Source of the DNA: a virus
Taxonomy: Duplodnaviria > Heunggongvirae > Uroviricota > Caudoviricetes
IMG/VR virus record: IMGVR_UViG_3300047567_000058
Coordinates: 144,405-201,011 of that record
DNA length: 56,607 nt
Reading direction: 5' to 3' (one strand)
Shown: positions 1 through 9,809 of the stretch, one piece after another
Layout: the number at the start of each line of letters is the position of its first letter
How positions within the stretch are numbered: the stretch's first letter is position 1
Notes under the pieces: model-generated
What the model was told of the DNA's origin: nothing
Database searches by the model: none
The model's input: the letters and a program-made list of their open reading frames with translations, nothing else
Position numbers and translations under genes: made by a program

Positions 1-1118
1 AGAAACAAACAAGGTCGTCGAGAATTTGTCAGTCTGTGCGGATGAATTGTCGACGAACTTGTTTGCTTCTTGAACTTCAATTAAATTGCATCAAGCAAGT
101 TAATCGAAGTAGTAGGCGTAAACAGCAAGGTCGATAAACCTTCGTTACAAAACTGATAGGTATGCCGAAGATGCTTCGGCTTATACTATCTTGCTACAAA
201 TAACTGATTCAACTGGCACCTAAAGAATAAGACGATGCATCTGGTTGCCAAAGATGTGGCGTCCTCGCGATGGCAGTGATTTGCCTGACACGCGAATAAG
301 CCACAATTTGGCGTTCCAGATGCATAAATCGGGCTAGGCACGTAAGTGCCCGGTATGCCGAAAAATAATTTAAAATCCTGGGATGCCCAGAAGATACTGC
401 CAGTTTAGTATTGCGCATGGAACGAAAACATAGACGCGGCGATGACATAGAGCACACCCTTACTCGATGTCATCGCAGCGTCGTCCCGTGGGACGATTCC
501 GTTACGTGACGTAAGGATTCGTAACAATCCGGAGACAAGACACAATATCGGAGCTCACTAACGAAAGGCATGATTTGCGCCTTGAGCATGAGCTCAGATA
601 TCGTGGTCGTAAGATTGTTAGGAATCCGGTAAAGATGGCCGTTACGCCAAGGCACTTAAGAATCCGAAGATGCTTCGGCATAGACTTCCATGCTGATTTG
701 CTTAGTATTGTCGTGCGCTTGTTGATTGTGCTTTAATGCCCACTAGCACCTGTCTCCCAATCGCGGCTAATAGCCACGATCGTGTGGGAATATTCAGATA
801 GTAGTATTCCTAAGAAGCTTAGGCTTTCCGCACGATTTAGTATTTTTTTGATGTGGCCTACTTTAGACAAAATCTTTGCGGGCAAAGACTAAACGAGCGC
901 CCGTAGGAGATGCCATCTCCGTTCGATCGGCAAAAGGCACTGCGCGTAATGCTAACGGTTCCGTTTGTGCACGAACAGTTAGGATGGAGCGCGTGGCGTT
1001 GCTCGATCGTAAGGGCGATTTCCTTACTCCTTAAACGAATGTGGGAATCCGAAGATTCTTCGGAGAGCTAGGCCTGAAAGAAAAAGGCACGATTGTTTGG
1101 ATCGCGCCTATTCTTTCA
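1..1118. ncRNA. Long structured non-coding region with a recurring hairpin repeat (candidate ncRNA array), truncated at the window edge
   Basis: No credible ORF in about 1.1 kb of an otherwise gene-dense genome. Long imperfect hairpins at 1-70, 74-110, 256-304, 338-351 and 1076-1118. Recurring C(G/T)AAG-NNN-CTT(C/A)G hairpin. Confidence 0.6.
164..1064. repeat. Dispersed triloop hairpin repeats: gccgaagATGcttcggc 164-180, ctgggATGcccag 378-390, degenerate ccgttacgTGAcgtaagg 499-516, ccgaagATGcttcgg 664-678, cctaagAAGcttagg 809-823, tccgaagATTcttcgga 1048-1064
   Basis: Read directly. The stems co-vary (cgaag/cttcg, ctaag/cttag, ctggg/cccag) and most copies are preceded by A(A/T)TC. Confidence 0.75.
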
Positions 1119-1122
1119 ATGG

Positions 1123-1133
1123 AATCATATATC
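1123..1133 (-). promoter_or_regulatory. Candidate early-type phage promoter GATATATGATT pointing into the non-coding array
   Basis: An identical 11-mer lies at 29962-29972, with variants at 22851-22861 and 42368-42378. Those three are intergenic and upstream of minus-strand genes. The motif resembles the TATATTA-type early promoters of jumbo phages. Confidence 0.35.
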
Positions 1134-1154
1134 GGCAAACCGATATTTGCCAGA

Positions 1155-2609
1155 TCACATCAGCAAGTTATTCAAGCCTAATATCTGATCTCTGGCCAGC
1201 GACAGGCTTGTGTTGAATCTACCATCGTTTGGTGAGATGAGGAATCTCTTTGGAGAGAACACTGCCTTCATGGCTTCGCGGATCTCGGTGTCCTTGATGG
1301 ATATGAGATTCAGAACGTCGCCGTCGTAGTCCGCGTTGAGAAGCGGAAGAATGCAGTTGTTGATCGACATCGTGAAGTCGGTGTAGTTGTTCTTGACTTC
1401 CTTGACCCGGAGATAATAGATCGATCCGATGTTGATCGTCGGGTTGCGGTTGAGCAATACGCCTACCTCATTCGAATTGACCATCTCTTGGCAGATAGCA
1501 TGGATCTCAGGATCGAACTTAAGCGTCGCTTCGTAATGGATGCGCTCGGCTTCTTTGAGCGAGACGTTCTTGATCTTGCGGACGATGTTGATGATCTCGA
1601 ACTTGTACAGCTCGATGAACGTCAGATACGGGATCGAGATCTCATCAATCCCGATTCCAGGGGCGGCTGGGCTGATGATGTTGCGGGCTGAGAAGTTGAT
1701 TCTCGTTCCGCAGATCTGATTGCGGATCAATCCGTTCTTGGAGCGGATCTCATCGAGGATCTTCTCATTCAAGGCGAAGTATTCGGCTTGGATGGTCTCA
1801 AGCGTCGAGTCTTTGATGATCTTGAGCTGCTCGACTTTGCTGTTGAGGATGTTGGCGTTCTTGACGATTCGGATGTAGATGTTGTTGATCTCATCCATCT
1901 GAAGTCCGTCATCGCAGCGCATGGCAGGTCTCAGCAATATCGACATGACCGGGATCTTATCGGTGAACACGTCATCCGGGTCTTTGAGAAAATCATAGAT
2001 TCCCTGATCCGGATGCTTGTGGAGGTCATTGTAGTAGTTAAGGACTTCCGAGTACTTCTCATAGAACTCGGTGGCTCCGATGTACCAGTACTTGCGCTCA
2101 GGACTTTGCTCTCGCGACTCTTTGAGGAAGTCAGCGTCGAGCTCGCCGTTGATGGTGATGCTGTTAGGAACGTGGATGATGTTCTTCAGATTATCCCGTC
2201 CGATGATCTTCTCAAGGAACATATATGGGATGTATTTGACGAGTTTGTATCCGTTTCCGATGTCGGTGACGACGCCATCCGAGTCATACTTGGCCCCGCT
2301 GATATCTACCCAGCCGATCTTGTCGATGTTCGATTCGACGTATTTGACGGTAGATCCGCATTTGGGGCAGACGGTTCCCTCATAGAACTTTCCGACGGTC
2401 TTCCCGCATTCGCACGAGTATTCGGCTGCCGTGTCGGCATCGCCGAAGATGCGCTTTGAGAAGAGCCCCGTATCAGAGAACATTCTGGTATCGTCGGGGA
2501 ACGGAGAGTCCGGATCGGCGGCTTTGTGCCGCTTGTCGAAGATCTCGTAATCGGTCACGACCTTGGTCGGATCGAATCTTTGCTCAGATGACAGTTTCTT
2601 TAATTTCAT
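1155..2609 (-). CDS. Phage multisubunit RNA polymerase beta-prime subunit, N-terminal/catalytic part
   Basis: Zn finger CECG..CPKC, RINFSARNII, LLNRNPTI and the catalytic motif NADYDGD. Confidence 0.93.
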   Translation of the reverse strand: MKLKKLSSEQRFDPTKVVTDYEIFDKRHKAADPDSPFPDDTRMFSDTGLFSKRIFGDADTAAEYSCECGKTVGKFYEGTVCPKCGSTVKYVESNIDKIGWVDISGAKYDSDGVVTDIGNGYKLVKYIPYMFLEKIIGRDNLKNIIHVPNSITINGELDADFLKESREQSPERKYWYIGATEFYEKYSEVLNYYNDLHKHPDQGIYDFLKDPDDVFTDKIPVMSILLRPAMRCDDGLQMDEINNIYIRIVKNANILNSKVEQLKIIKDSTLETIQAEYFALNEKILDEIRSKNGLIRNQICGTRINFSARNIISPAAPGIGIDEISIPYLTFIELYKFEIINIVRKIKNVSLKEAERIHYEATLKFDPEIHAICQEMVNSNEVGVLLNRNPTINIGSIYYLRVKEVKNNYTDFTMSINNCILPLLNADYDGDVLNLISIKDTEIREAMKAVFSPKRFLISPNDGRFNTSLSLARDQILGLNNLLM

Positions 2610-2644
2610 AGCATCTCCTAGCGGAATATTTATTTTTTTCCAGG

Positions 2645-3421
2645 CTATCCTACGGTCAGGGTCCGGAACATCTGACTGATGGTAAGCATCCCATCGGCAG
2701 ACACGCTTTTGACTGTGACCATATTATACTCCGGAAACTCGTAGACGACTGCGGAATATTTAGCTTCTCCGACTGAGTCTTTGGCATGTTTCTGCCATAC
2801 CGACAGCAACTGAGAATTGATATCGAGAATCGTCGGTCCTTCCCCTCCGATCATCAGGCCTGAGTAATTCTTCCTGATGCGGATCATCGAATCTTTGTCG
2901 ATAAGCTCATTGGGGATATCAATTGTCTCCTCAGAAGGAGATCTTAGCGCCGAAGACGTCGATGATGCCATCTGATCGCTGTCGTTTTTGAATCTCTTGA
3001 ACGAGTATGCCGTTCCATCTATGAGCGTGACGACGACCGAGTCATAAGACGCCGTTGACGATGCGATCGACGACACTTTGGACATTCTGATGGCATCCGC
3101 GTCTTTGACCGGAATGATCAGACCGTCTCCGGCTGCCGTGATCGTTAGCCAGTCATATAGGATGTTGCCCTTGACCAGGCTTTCTGACAGCTCGGCATAT
3201 AGCTTGCAGAATTCCTGATTTTCGTATTGTATCAGGATTCCGCCGCCGCTTCTTAGATAAAATCTAAGATAGCCCGTCTTTCCTCCGACATTCACGATGT
3301 TGCAGTAATTGACGGCGATGCTTGATAGCAGCCGCATGATCCCGAGAGTGTATTCTCGGGCGGCCTTGGCTGATGCCTTAGCCTCTTTGGCTTCTTTTGT
3401 TTTGACCCCGACGACGCTCAT
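2645..3421 (-). CDS. Hypothetical protein
   Basis: 258-aa ORF coupled to the upstream gene by a 4-nt overlap. Confidence 0.7.
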   Translation of the reverse strand: MSVVGVKTKEAKEAKASAKAAREYTLGIMRLLSSIAVNYCNIVNVGGKTGYLRFYLRSGGGILIQYENQEFCKLYAELSESLVKGNILYDWLTITAAGDGLIIPVKDADAIRMSKVSSIASSTASYDSVVVTLIDGTAYSFKRFKNDSDQMASSTSSALRSPSEETIDIPNELIDKDSMIRIRKNYSGLMIGGEGPTILDINSQLLSVWQKHAKDSVGEAKYSAVVYEFPEYNMVTVKSVSADGMLTISQMFRTLTVG

Positions 3422-3903
3422 TGATGGGCAGGAGCCTCTTCTGCTGCGGACGAAGACTTCTTGGGCTTCTTGTACTTGTAGTTCTTGTCGACGATCAGGA
3501 TGCTGAGATTAAGAAAATCGCACCAGAGCGAAAACGTGGTATCGAGCATCGAACGGCGCTTGCGCATTCCTGTGATGAGATTGTACCCAAGCTTCTGGCC
3601 GCGGATGCTATCGCCATTCATGATCTTTGAGCAATAAGCGAACAAGTCAGAGTAAGTAAGTCCTCTGCTATTGATCTGCTCGATCAAAGCCGCCTTGAGG
3701 GTTGAGTCCTCAGGGTCGGCTTTGAATTGAAGCGGAAGCAGCGATACGTTATGCCTAGATGGCTTAGCCACCTTGGCTGCGATCACTTTGTCAGCGTTGT
3801 CGACGGCATCTCTGACTATGGTGTCTTCGATCACGCTGTCCTCTTCTGGATGAGGCGATGCCTCGACAAGTGATGCCGCTGATTTAGTAATGTTGTTGTC
3901 CAT
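3418..3903 (-). CDS. Hypothetical protein, possibly a helix-turn-helix DNA-binding protein
   Basis: 161-aa ORF with an AGGAGG RBS. The helical segment ending WCDFLNLSI resembles XRE-type domains. Confidence 0.65.
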   Translation of the reverse strand: MDNNITKSAASLVEASPHPEEDSVIEDTIVRDAVDNADKVIAAKVAKPSRHNVSLLPLQFKADPEDSTLKAALIEQINSRGLTYSDLFAYCSKIMNGDSIRGQKLGYNLITGMRKRRSMLDTTFSLWCDFLNLSILIVDKNYKYKKPKKSSSAAEEAPAHQ

Positions 3904-3920
3904 AGACTTCCTCCTCAGGA

Positions 3921-5012
3921 TTACTTGTTATCCGGATTGCCTTCGTCAAAGATATAATTGATATCCGCGTCGCTTCCGACATTCAAATCTGACAGATTGA
4001 TGTCCTCAGCCGAAGCTTTGACGGCTGCTTCGTTGACAAGAGGCATTCCAGTATCCTCTCTGGGAGCCGGGGTCGGCTTAGCCGATCCATTGGCATTGGT
4101 CGCTTCCGCATTGGGAGCTGGCATCGTGACAGCGACGGCAGCGCTCGGCGGAATTTGGGCTGCCGGAGCCGGGGCGGACACGATCGTTTGGACGGGAGCC
4201 TGGTAGGTAGGAGCGGCGACGTGCTGATAATTATTGGCCTGCGGGCGCGGCTGATAAGTCGGGGTCTGAGCGACCGGCTGCGGGCGGGTATATTGATTCT
4301 GATAAGTCTGAGCCGCCGGCTGCTGATAAGTAGGAGCCTGGCGATATTGCTGAGGCTGCGGCTGATACGTCTGCTGGTATTGCGTCTGTTGCTGATTGTT
4401 CTGGCCTTCATAGAGAGATCCTTCCATAGCACGGAGCATCACTTCGCAGGTGCTTGCGCTCATGGCAAGGCTGGGAAGATAAGTCTCGTGCAGAATCTCG
4501 CCGATGGTCTCGGCTTCCTCGAGGGTGAGGTTTGATCCGGCTCCGCCAGAAAGCTCAATGCGGACGCCTGGCTTGGAAGAGACCATGCCATTGTCGTCGA
4601 CTCTCGTATAAAGGGAAAGTCTGACATACGAATTCTTGAATCCGATGTTGTCGATGGCCAAAGGAGTGGTGTATTTCGGATTGACCTGGCGTGTATTGCC
4701 GGCCTGGACCCAGAGATCGCCATTCGGATCATAGGCATTTCCGACGATGGTGTCGAACATGTTGACGAATCGCGCCATATGCTGGTACGAAAGATAAACC
4801 GATTTGTTGTTGATCTGCTTGTCATCGGCAAGATAGGTAAGCTCGAGGAAGGCCCCCGGGTTCATGGTGACGTAGCCTTTCGATGCGTAGAGAAGGTTGC
4901 TCTCTCCGTTTCCGTTGTCTCCGCGGTTGCGTTTGGTGAAAGTCACCAAAGCCGACATGCGGAAATTGGATCTGAAGCTCTCGAATAATTTAAGTCTGTA
5001 ACTCTTGTTCAT
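3921..5012 (-). CDS. Hypothetical protein with a Q/P/A-rich linker and acidic tail (SSB-like architecture)
   Basis: Beta-rich N-terminal domain of about 200 aa, a long QQTYQPQP low-complexity linker and the C-terminus DADINYIFDE. Function is inferred only. Confidence 0.6.
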   Translation of the reverse strand: MNKSYRLKLFESFRSNFRMSALVTFTKRNRGDNGNGESNLLYASKGYVTMNPGAFLELTYLADDKQINNKSVYLSYQHMARFVNMFDTIVGNAYDPNGDLWVQAGNTRQVNPKYTTPLAIDNIGFKNSYVRLSLYTRVDDNGMVSSKPGVRIELSGGAGSNLTLEEAETIGEILHETYLPSLAMSASTCEVMLRAMEGSLYEGQNNQQQTQYQQTYQPQPQQYRQAPTYQQPAAQTYQNQYTRPQPVAQTPTYQPRPQANNYQHVAAPTYQAPVQTIVSAPAPAAQIPPSAAVAVTMPAPNAEATNANGSAKPTPAPREDTGMPLVNEAAVKASAEDINLSDLNVGSDADINYIFDEGNPDNK

Positions 5013-5086
5013 ATAATTATCGCCCTGTGGGCATTTCCTCTAAAATAAGCATATCATCTTGCGGATCGAAGTCAACGGAATTAATT

Positions 5087-6541
5087 TTATTTTCCCGTGG
5101 AATCACCGATCCCTTCGTCTACGACGCTGCGCACGGCTTTGGCCTTCTTGAGGTATACACGGCGGCGCAGCTTTTGCTGAGCGACGCATTCGGGGAATCC
5201 GACGTCGGCAACGTCTATGAGAACCGATGGCCGTCCTTCTCTGTGCCTAAGCCTTCCAAGCACTTGCTCGGTTTTGACTTTGCTGGAGAATGGGACGAAC
5301 AGCATCAGAACATCTAGGTCTTCGACGTCGATCCCCTTATCGAAGATCTTGTCGTTCGTGATGATGATTCTGTGGGATAGCTCAGCGGCTCTGTCATCTT
5401 TGGGTATCCTTCCGATGAACAGCCCGATGTCGGCTTTCCCAGGATAATGATCCCTGAGGCTCTCGGCGGTCTTGTCGATAAGATCGATCGTCGGAAGCAT
5501 GATCGCTATCTTCACGCCTCGGTCGAGAAGCTTGAACTTGTCGATCGTTTCGAATAAGAACTTCTTGTATTTAGGGTATCCGTCGTCCGATGTGATGTAT
5601 TGAGACCACTTGGCGATGTTGAACCCCCGCTTGGTCCTGATGCCGGCTTTGACGTCGATTGGCGGCTCAGAATCGAATGTGTCAAGGACTACCGTATGAT
5701 ACTTGTCATCCTCGACGGCCAATCCGTTGAAGTACGGGATCCTGCCGAACACCTTGCCATAGAGGTTATCCTCTCTGAAGTTGCTTCGGCTTGGCGTTGC
5801 CGTCAGATACAACGTGTATTCGACGTTTGAGAATGAGTTTATGGCGCAGATCGCTCTGAAGTCGACGTGGGCCTCATCGAACACCCTGAGACCTATTCCG
5901 AGATCGCGCATCAGAGAATTGATGGCGTTGTCCCCGTCGTCCATCAGCATCCCCAATGTCTTATGGATGGCGATGTACGCTTTGCGATTAGAATTCTTGC
6001 GTTCTTCGGCTACCGACTCTCGGCCAGACAGAATGGCGATGTCATCCTCTTTCATATTGGTATGATTGAGGAATTCCTTCTTCCATTGGATCGCCAGCTC
6101 AGCCGTGTCGACGACGATCATGGATCTCACGTTGAGGAAGCATGCCAGGTCGATCGTGCAGAACGTCTTTCCGGATCCGGTAGGAAGCTGAAGGAATCTG
6201 CTTTGCCACAAGCCATCGCCTTTGATTCTCTCCAAGAAGGCCATAGCCATGGTCTGCATGGCATCCCTTGGGGAATGGATCATGCTGAAGTTGGCTGCCC
6301 TTGGCTTTGGGTAATATCCTGTGCTCGGCGACATCTCGTCTTTCGGGAAGTATTTTCTGACATAATCAGCTCCGATCGAAGCCGGCATATAGATGTCGCT
6401 TCCCCTGACGAAGAACACCTGCTGCTCGTATTTATGGCACACCGGGTCGTAAATGGAATAAGACCGATAGAACGATTTGTATCCTTCTCCGGAGATATCT
6501 GCATTTCTGATGACCATCGAATTGCGGCCTATTTCGATCAT
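5087..6541 (-). CDS. Superfamily 2 DEAH helicase (UvsW/Rad25-like)
   Basis: Motif I LPTGSGKT, II FDEAH, III LTATP, V KGIDV and VI QVLGRLRH. Confidence 0.9.
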   Translation of the reverse strand: MIEIGRNSMVIRNADISGEGYKSFYRSYSIYDPVCHKYEQQVFFVRGSDIYMPASIGADYVRKYFPKDEMSPSTGYYPKPRAANFSMIHSPRDAMQTMAMAFLERIKGDGLWQSRFLQLPTGSGKTFCTIDLACFLNVRSMIVVDTAELAIQWKKEFLNHTNMKEDDIAILSGRESVAEERKNSNRKAYIAIHKTLGMLMDDGDNAINSLMRDLGIGLRVFDEAHVDFRAICAINSFSNVEYTLYLTATPSRSNFREDNLYGKVFGRIPYFNGLAVEDDKYHTVVLDTFDSEPPIDVKAGIRTKRGFNIAKWSQYITSDDGYPKYKKFLFETIDKFKLLDRGVKIAIMLPTIDLIDKTAESLRDHYPGKADIGLFIGRIPKDDRAAELSHRIIITNDKIFDKGIDVEDLDVLMLFVPFSSKVKTEQVLGRLRHREGRPSVLIDVADVGFPECVAQQKLRRRVYLKKAKAVRSVVDEGIGDSTGK

Positions 6542-7317
6542 TTGCGGTGCCTCGCTTTCCTGATTTTTTTATTTTTATCGCAGCGCGCCTGGGCGGAATG
6601 GCTGAAGCGATCCATTACGATGATCCCGCTTTTGGCGGTATTCTCCATGAGCCGCATCGAATGAGCCAAGCAGGAGTATATCGTAGAATAAACCTCATCG
6701 GGGGACCTCGTGAAATCGCGATCCCGATTGTCTGACCAAATGGCCTGGAACGGAAGATTGACCGCCGACGCTCTGATCGATCTCATGGTCTTCATCGACG
6801 TGTAGAACACGTCTTTTGGGTTGCCTTTGTCGATGATGAGGAAGTAGTAGTCTTTGTCAGTCCGACGGTTTCCGAATGACTTGAAGTAGTCCCAGTACTT
6901 GTCCCAGGATACCTTCTTGAACTCGTCGATCTTGACCCCAAGCATCGAGTACAGCAGCCCATATCTGGCGTGGGTCGCCTCAGGGATATGAGGCTTTAGC
7001 GAGCTGATCTTGATATTGATTGGGACGAAGCGATTCTCGGATTCGTTATTGAGATAGAAGTCGTACCAGCAGCGGATGCTCGGGATGTGAAGAGTGTATC
7101 CGATGCTGGCCAACGCTGCCTTCAGGCGCTTGCTGTTAGCCATGAAATCGGTGATTTTGTTCTCCGAGATGGCTGATCCGATTCGCCCATCGTCAACCGA
7201 GTCATTGACTTCGATGCAGGCTTTCGATATGGAATCCCGCACAATGTCGAGAGCCCTTGAGGCCGAGATGTCATAATCGGTTCGATATGACTTTCTCTGA
7301 TGGTGATCCTTTTTCAA
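6538..7317 (-). CDS. Putative PD-(D/E)XK type II restriction-endonuclease-like nuclease
   Basis: The pattern E..RCWYDF..PINIKIS..DYYFLIIDK..NLPFQ is reminiscent of type II REase families. Recognised from memory, not by search. Confidence 0.5.
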   Translation of the reverse strand: MKKDHHQRKSYRTDYDISASRALDIVRDSISKACIEVNDSVDDGRIGSAISENKITDFMANSKRLKAALASIGYTLHIPSIRCWYDFYLNNESENRFVPINIKISSLKPHIPEATHARYGLLYSMLGVKIDEFKKVSWDKYWDYFKSFGNRRTDKDYYFLIIDKGNPKDVFYTSMKTMRSIRASAVNLPFQAIWSDNRDRDFTRSPDEVYSTIYSCLAHSMRLMENTAKSGIIVMDRFSHSAQARCDKNKKIRKARHRK

Positions 7318-7437
7318 TTGATTGTCCTTCTATTCGTTCGGAACGATTATTGCATAATTGATTACTCCTGTCAATTTTTTCTTCTAGAAAAGACAAAGCA
7401 TCCCATCTCTGGGATGCGTTGCCATAGGAATTTATTT

Positions 7438-7764
7438 TTATTTTCCGCGGCAGATTTCGAAGGCGGCTTCTGCCAATTTGTGCCCTGGATAGGCATCCAT
7501 GACCGCTCGGTTGGCCTTAACGAGATAGTCCTGGAATCCAAGCTGATATTCTGACATCGACTCCATCGATACGAATCCGTCTGAGTCATCGGGGGTCTTG
7601 GCCAGCTCGACTACCCCTGTAACCGGATTCGACGTCAGATAGCATCTCGTTCCATTGTCTAGCACCAGATAGTAGCGAGCGAATAGCTTTCCTTTCGGGA
7701 AGTCTCCCGATCTCATGCGAACCACCGCTCTCTTATGCGGCGGCTCGGTGATGCCTCCGATCAT
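7438..7764 (-). CDS. Hypothetical protein
   Basis: 108-aa ORF overlapping the stop codon of the upstream RNAP gene. Confidence 0.6.
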   Translation of the reverse strand: MIGGITEPPHKRAVVRMRSGDFPKGKLFARYYLVLDNGTRCYLTSNPVTGVVELAKTPDDSDGFVSMESMSEYQLGFQDYLVKANRAVMDAYPGHKLAEAAFEICRGK

Positions 7765-9686
7765 TTGTACAGCCAGTCCATGATGCTTGAATCATTCTTG
7801 TCATAGGTCGCGAGGTTGGCCAACTGGTCGTTGATCCGCTCGAATGCCAAAGATCTTGAGATAGGAGCGCTCATGACTGCTTTTGAAACGCGGCAGATGT
7901 CGTAAGGAGGGATGACGTCTTTCTTGAAGTCAGGGCGTTTTCCCGTCGCTTTGTCTTTGATGATGACGGATGCGATCATCTCGGCGTGCACCGATTTGAC
8001 CGGAAGATCGTTCTCGATGAGCAGATCGTCGAACTTATTGACGAGCTCATCATAGGTCTTGACTCCGAGGTGGCCTGCCGATTCGATGAGATCCTCGACG
8101 TTTTGCAACGACTTCGTGAGCTCATTGTTCTTGGCGGCGTACTTGAAGATGAAGTCATATCCGTCTTCGTCGGCGTCGTCTGACGAGATCTTGATGACGT
8201 GCTTGTCGCAGTCCTCGCTTTCTCCGCCATGGCCGATGAACGCCTCGTTGACGTAAAGCGTTTCCGGGCTGACGTAATGAATCGGCTTTCTGGATCCATT
8301 GATGAAGATGTCCATCTCGTTGATGCCGTACATTTCGACGTCATCGTCGTAATCATCTGGCCCCCGGAGCCTGGAATTGGACGGCGGCCTCGATCTCCGT
8401 CTTTGAAGCAAACCGAGTTGAGGTTAACGACGAACACGTCGCTGAATGACTGGCCCCAATTGATCTTGTCGCTCTTGGTTGCCAGCATAGTGCTTCGCCG
8501 ACAGAAGCTTCTGGGTGAGAGGCTCAGTTAGCTTGAACGAAGCGACAAGCCCGGTGTTGTAATTCTTGTTCTTATTAGACAGATCGCGTCCATAGCATGT
8601 TGCGCAGACGTCTTTTCCGCAGCAGGTGACGGGAGATCTAAGGGCGATCTTCTTGCCGATGAGATCCTTGTCTTTCTTGGCGCCGAGATAGTTCGGAGAT
8701 CTGATCTGATCGGATTCGCCGATTGTCATCGAAGAGGTAGTAGTTGCGGCCGTCGATTTGATTGAGCTTCTTCTGAGTCTCAATGCTGAATATGTTATAT
8801 AGTGCTTCGTGCCGCAGTCCTTGATGACTGAATCATCGTGAGTGCGGTCGATAGTAGCCAGCAAAAGCTTTCTGGTGAGATATCCGCTCTTGCGTACCAT
8901 TCGGAAGTTGGTGACGGTGGCCTTTCTGGTTCCGAGGCAGTTGATGTAATACGGCTCAAGCCCATCGAATCCGTACAGGTAGTTGTCGTTGATGCAGACC
9001 GGGATGATCCCGCCGCTGATGTCAGGCTTAAGGCCGACGAATGAGATGGCCTGGGTAAGCTGCTTTACGTTCAATCCGGTATTGGTTCTGATGAACGGAT
9101 ACAGATCCGAGTCTGGCCTGCGTCTTGATAGAAATTGACTGATGTCTTTGCTGACTTTGTTGAACAGAGCTTCGACTTCATCGAACTTTAGGCCATAAGG
9201 AACCTTGGTCGTGAACAGCTCTTGACGGGCCTTGGGATTGGTGGCCGCCAATCCTAACGAAGTCATAGAACGTTATCGAATCGCCCATCTTGACGTTGAT
9301 CTTTCCTGAGAGATCGGACATCTCGTTGAGGCTGCTGGCGACCATTGTCGCGGTATTGGTCATAATCTCCGCCGATGTCCCCGCACTTTGTGAGCATGCA
9401 TGTCGAAGAACTCATCGATCGTGTCAGCGGTGACGTAATCATACATATACAAATCAGCCGAGGTGATCTTCTCCGGGCGCCCAGAATAGAATCTGAGAAG
9501 CATCAGATTGATGAGAAGCTTTCCTTTCGACATCTCGATGGACTTATCATCCGCTTTAAGGGTCATGGTGTCATGACGAGATCCGAAATCGCTTAGGATC
9601 CCATCCTTGAGCGATTGAACGAGGCTGTCGTAATCGGATACCTTTGCTTTCAATTCATTAATGTCGATGGTTTGCGTTTCGCTCAT
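7761..9686 (-). CDS. RNA polymerase beta-prime C-terminal subunit (probably the non-virion set), broken here by several frameshifts
   Basis: Fragments 9360-9686, 9178-9363, 8424-9266, 7976-8488 and 7761-8411 carry, in collinear order, KSGYLTRKL (bridge helix), RSPVTC..CATCYG (Zn site), EPLTQKLLSAKH (trigger loop) and SVHAEMI. Confidence 0.85.
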
Positions 9687-9751
9687 CTAATTGACCCTTC
9701 TTTATCGAAATATTTATTTATTTCCGCGCGTACATGATACCATGCGCGCAT

Positions 9752-9786
9752 AAAAAATGGAAGTACTTAAATAAGTACTTCCATTC
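9752..9786. terminator. Intrinsic terminator hairpin
   Basis: aatggaagtactta-aa-taagtacttccatt flanked by an A-run, downstream of the minus-strand gene ending at 9810. Confidence 0.7.
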
Positions 9787-9809
9787 TTGAGAATCAACTG
9801 GCTGATAGA

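Noticed and set aside
209-655. ORFs 209-457 and 470-655 on the minus strand
   Set aside because: Short, with alternative starts, no recognisable motifs and atypical composition. They lie in a hairpin-rich region better explained as non-coding.
164-1064. CRISPR array interpretation of the hairpin repeats
   Set aside because: The repeats are only about 13-17 bp and variable, the spacers are 100-220 bp and irregular, and no cas genes are present.
7761-9686. Group I introns or inteins splitting the RNAP beta-prime gene
   Set aside because: The fragments overlap or abut with no intervening sequence. The breaks are small indels.
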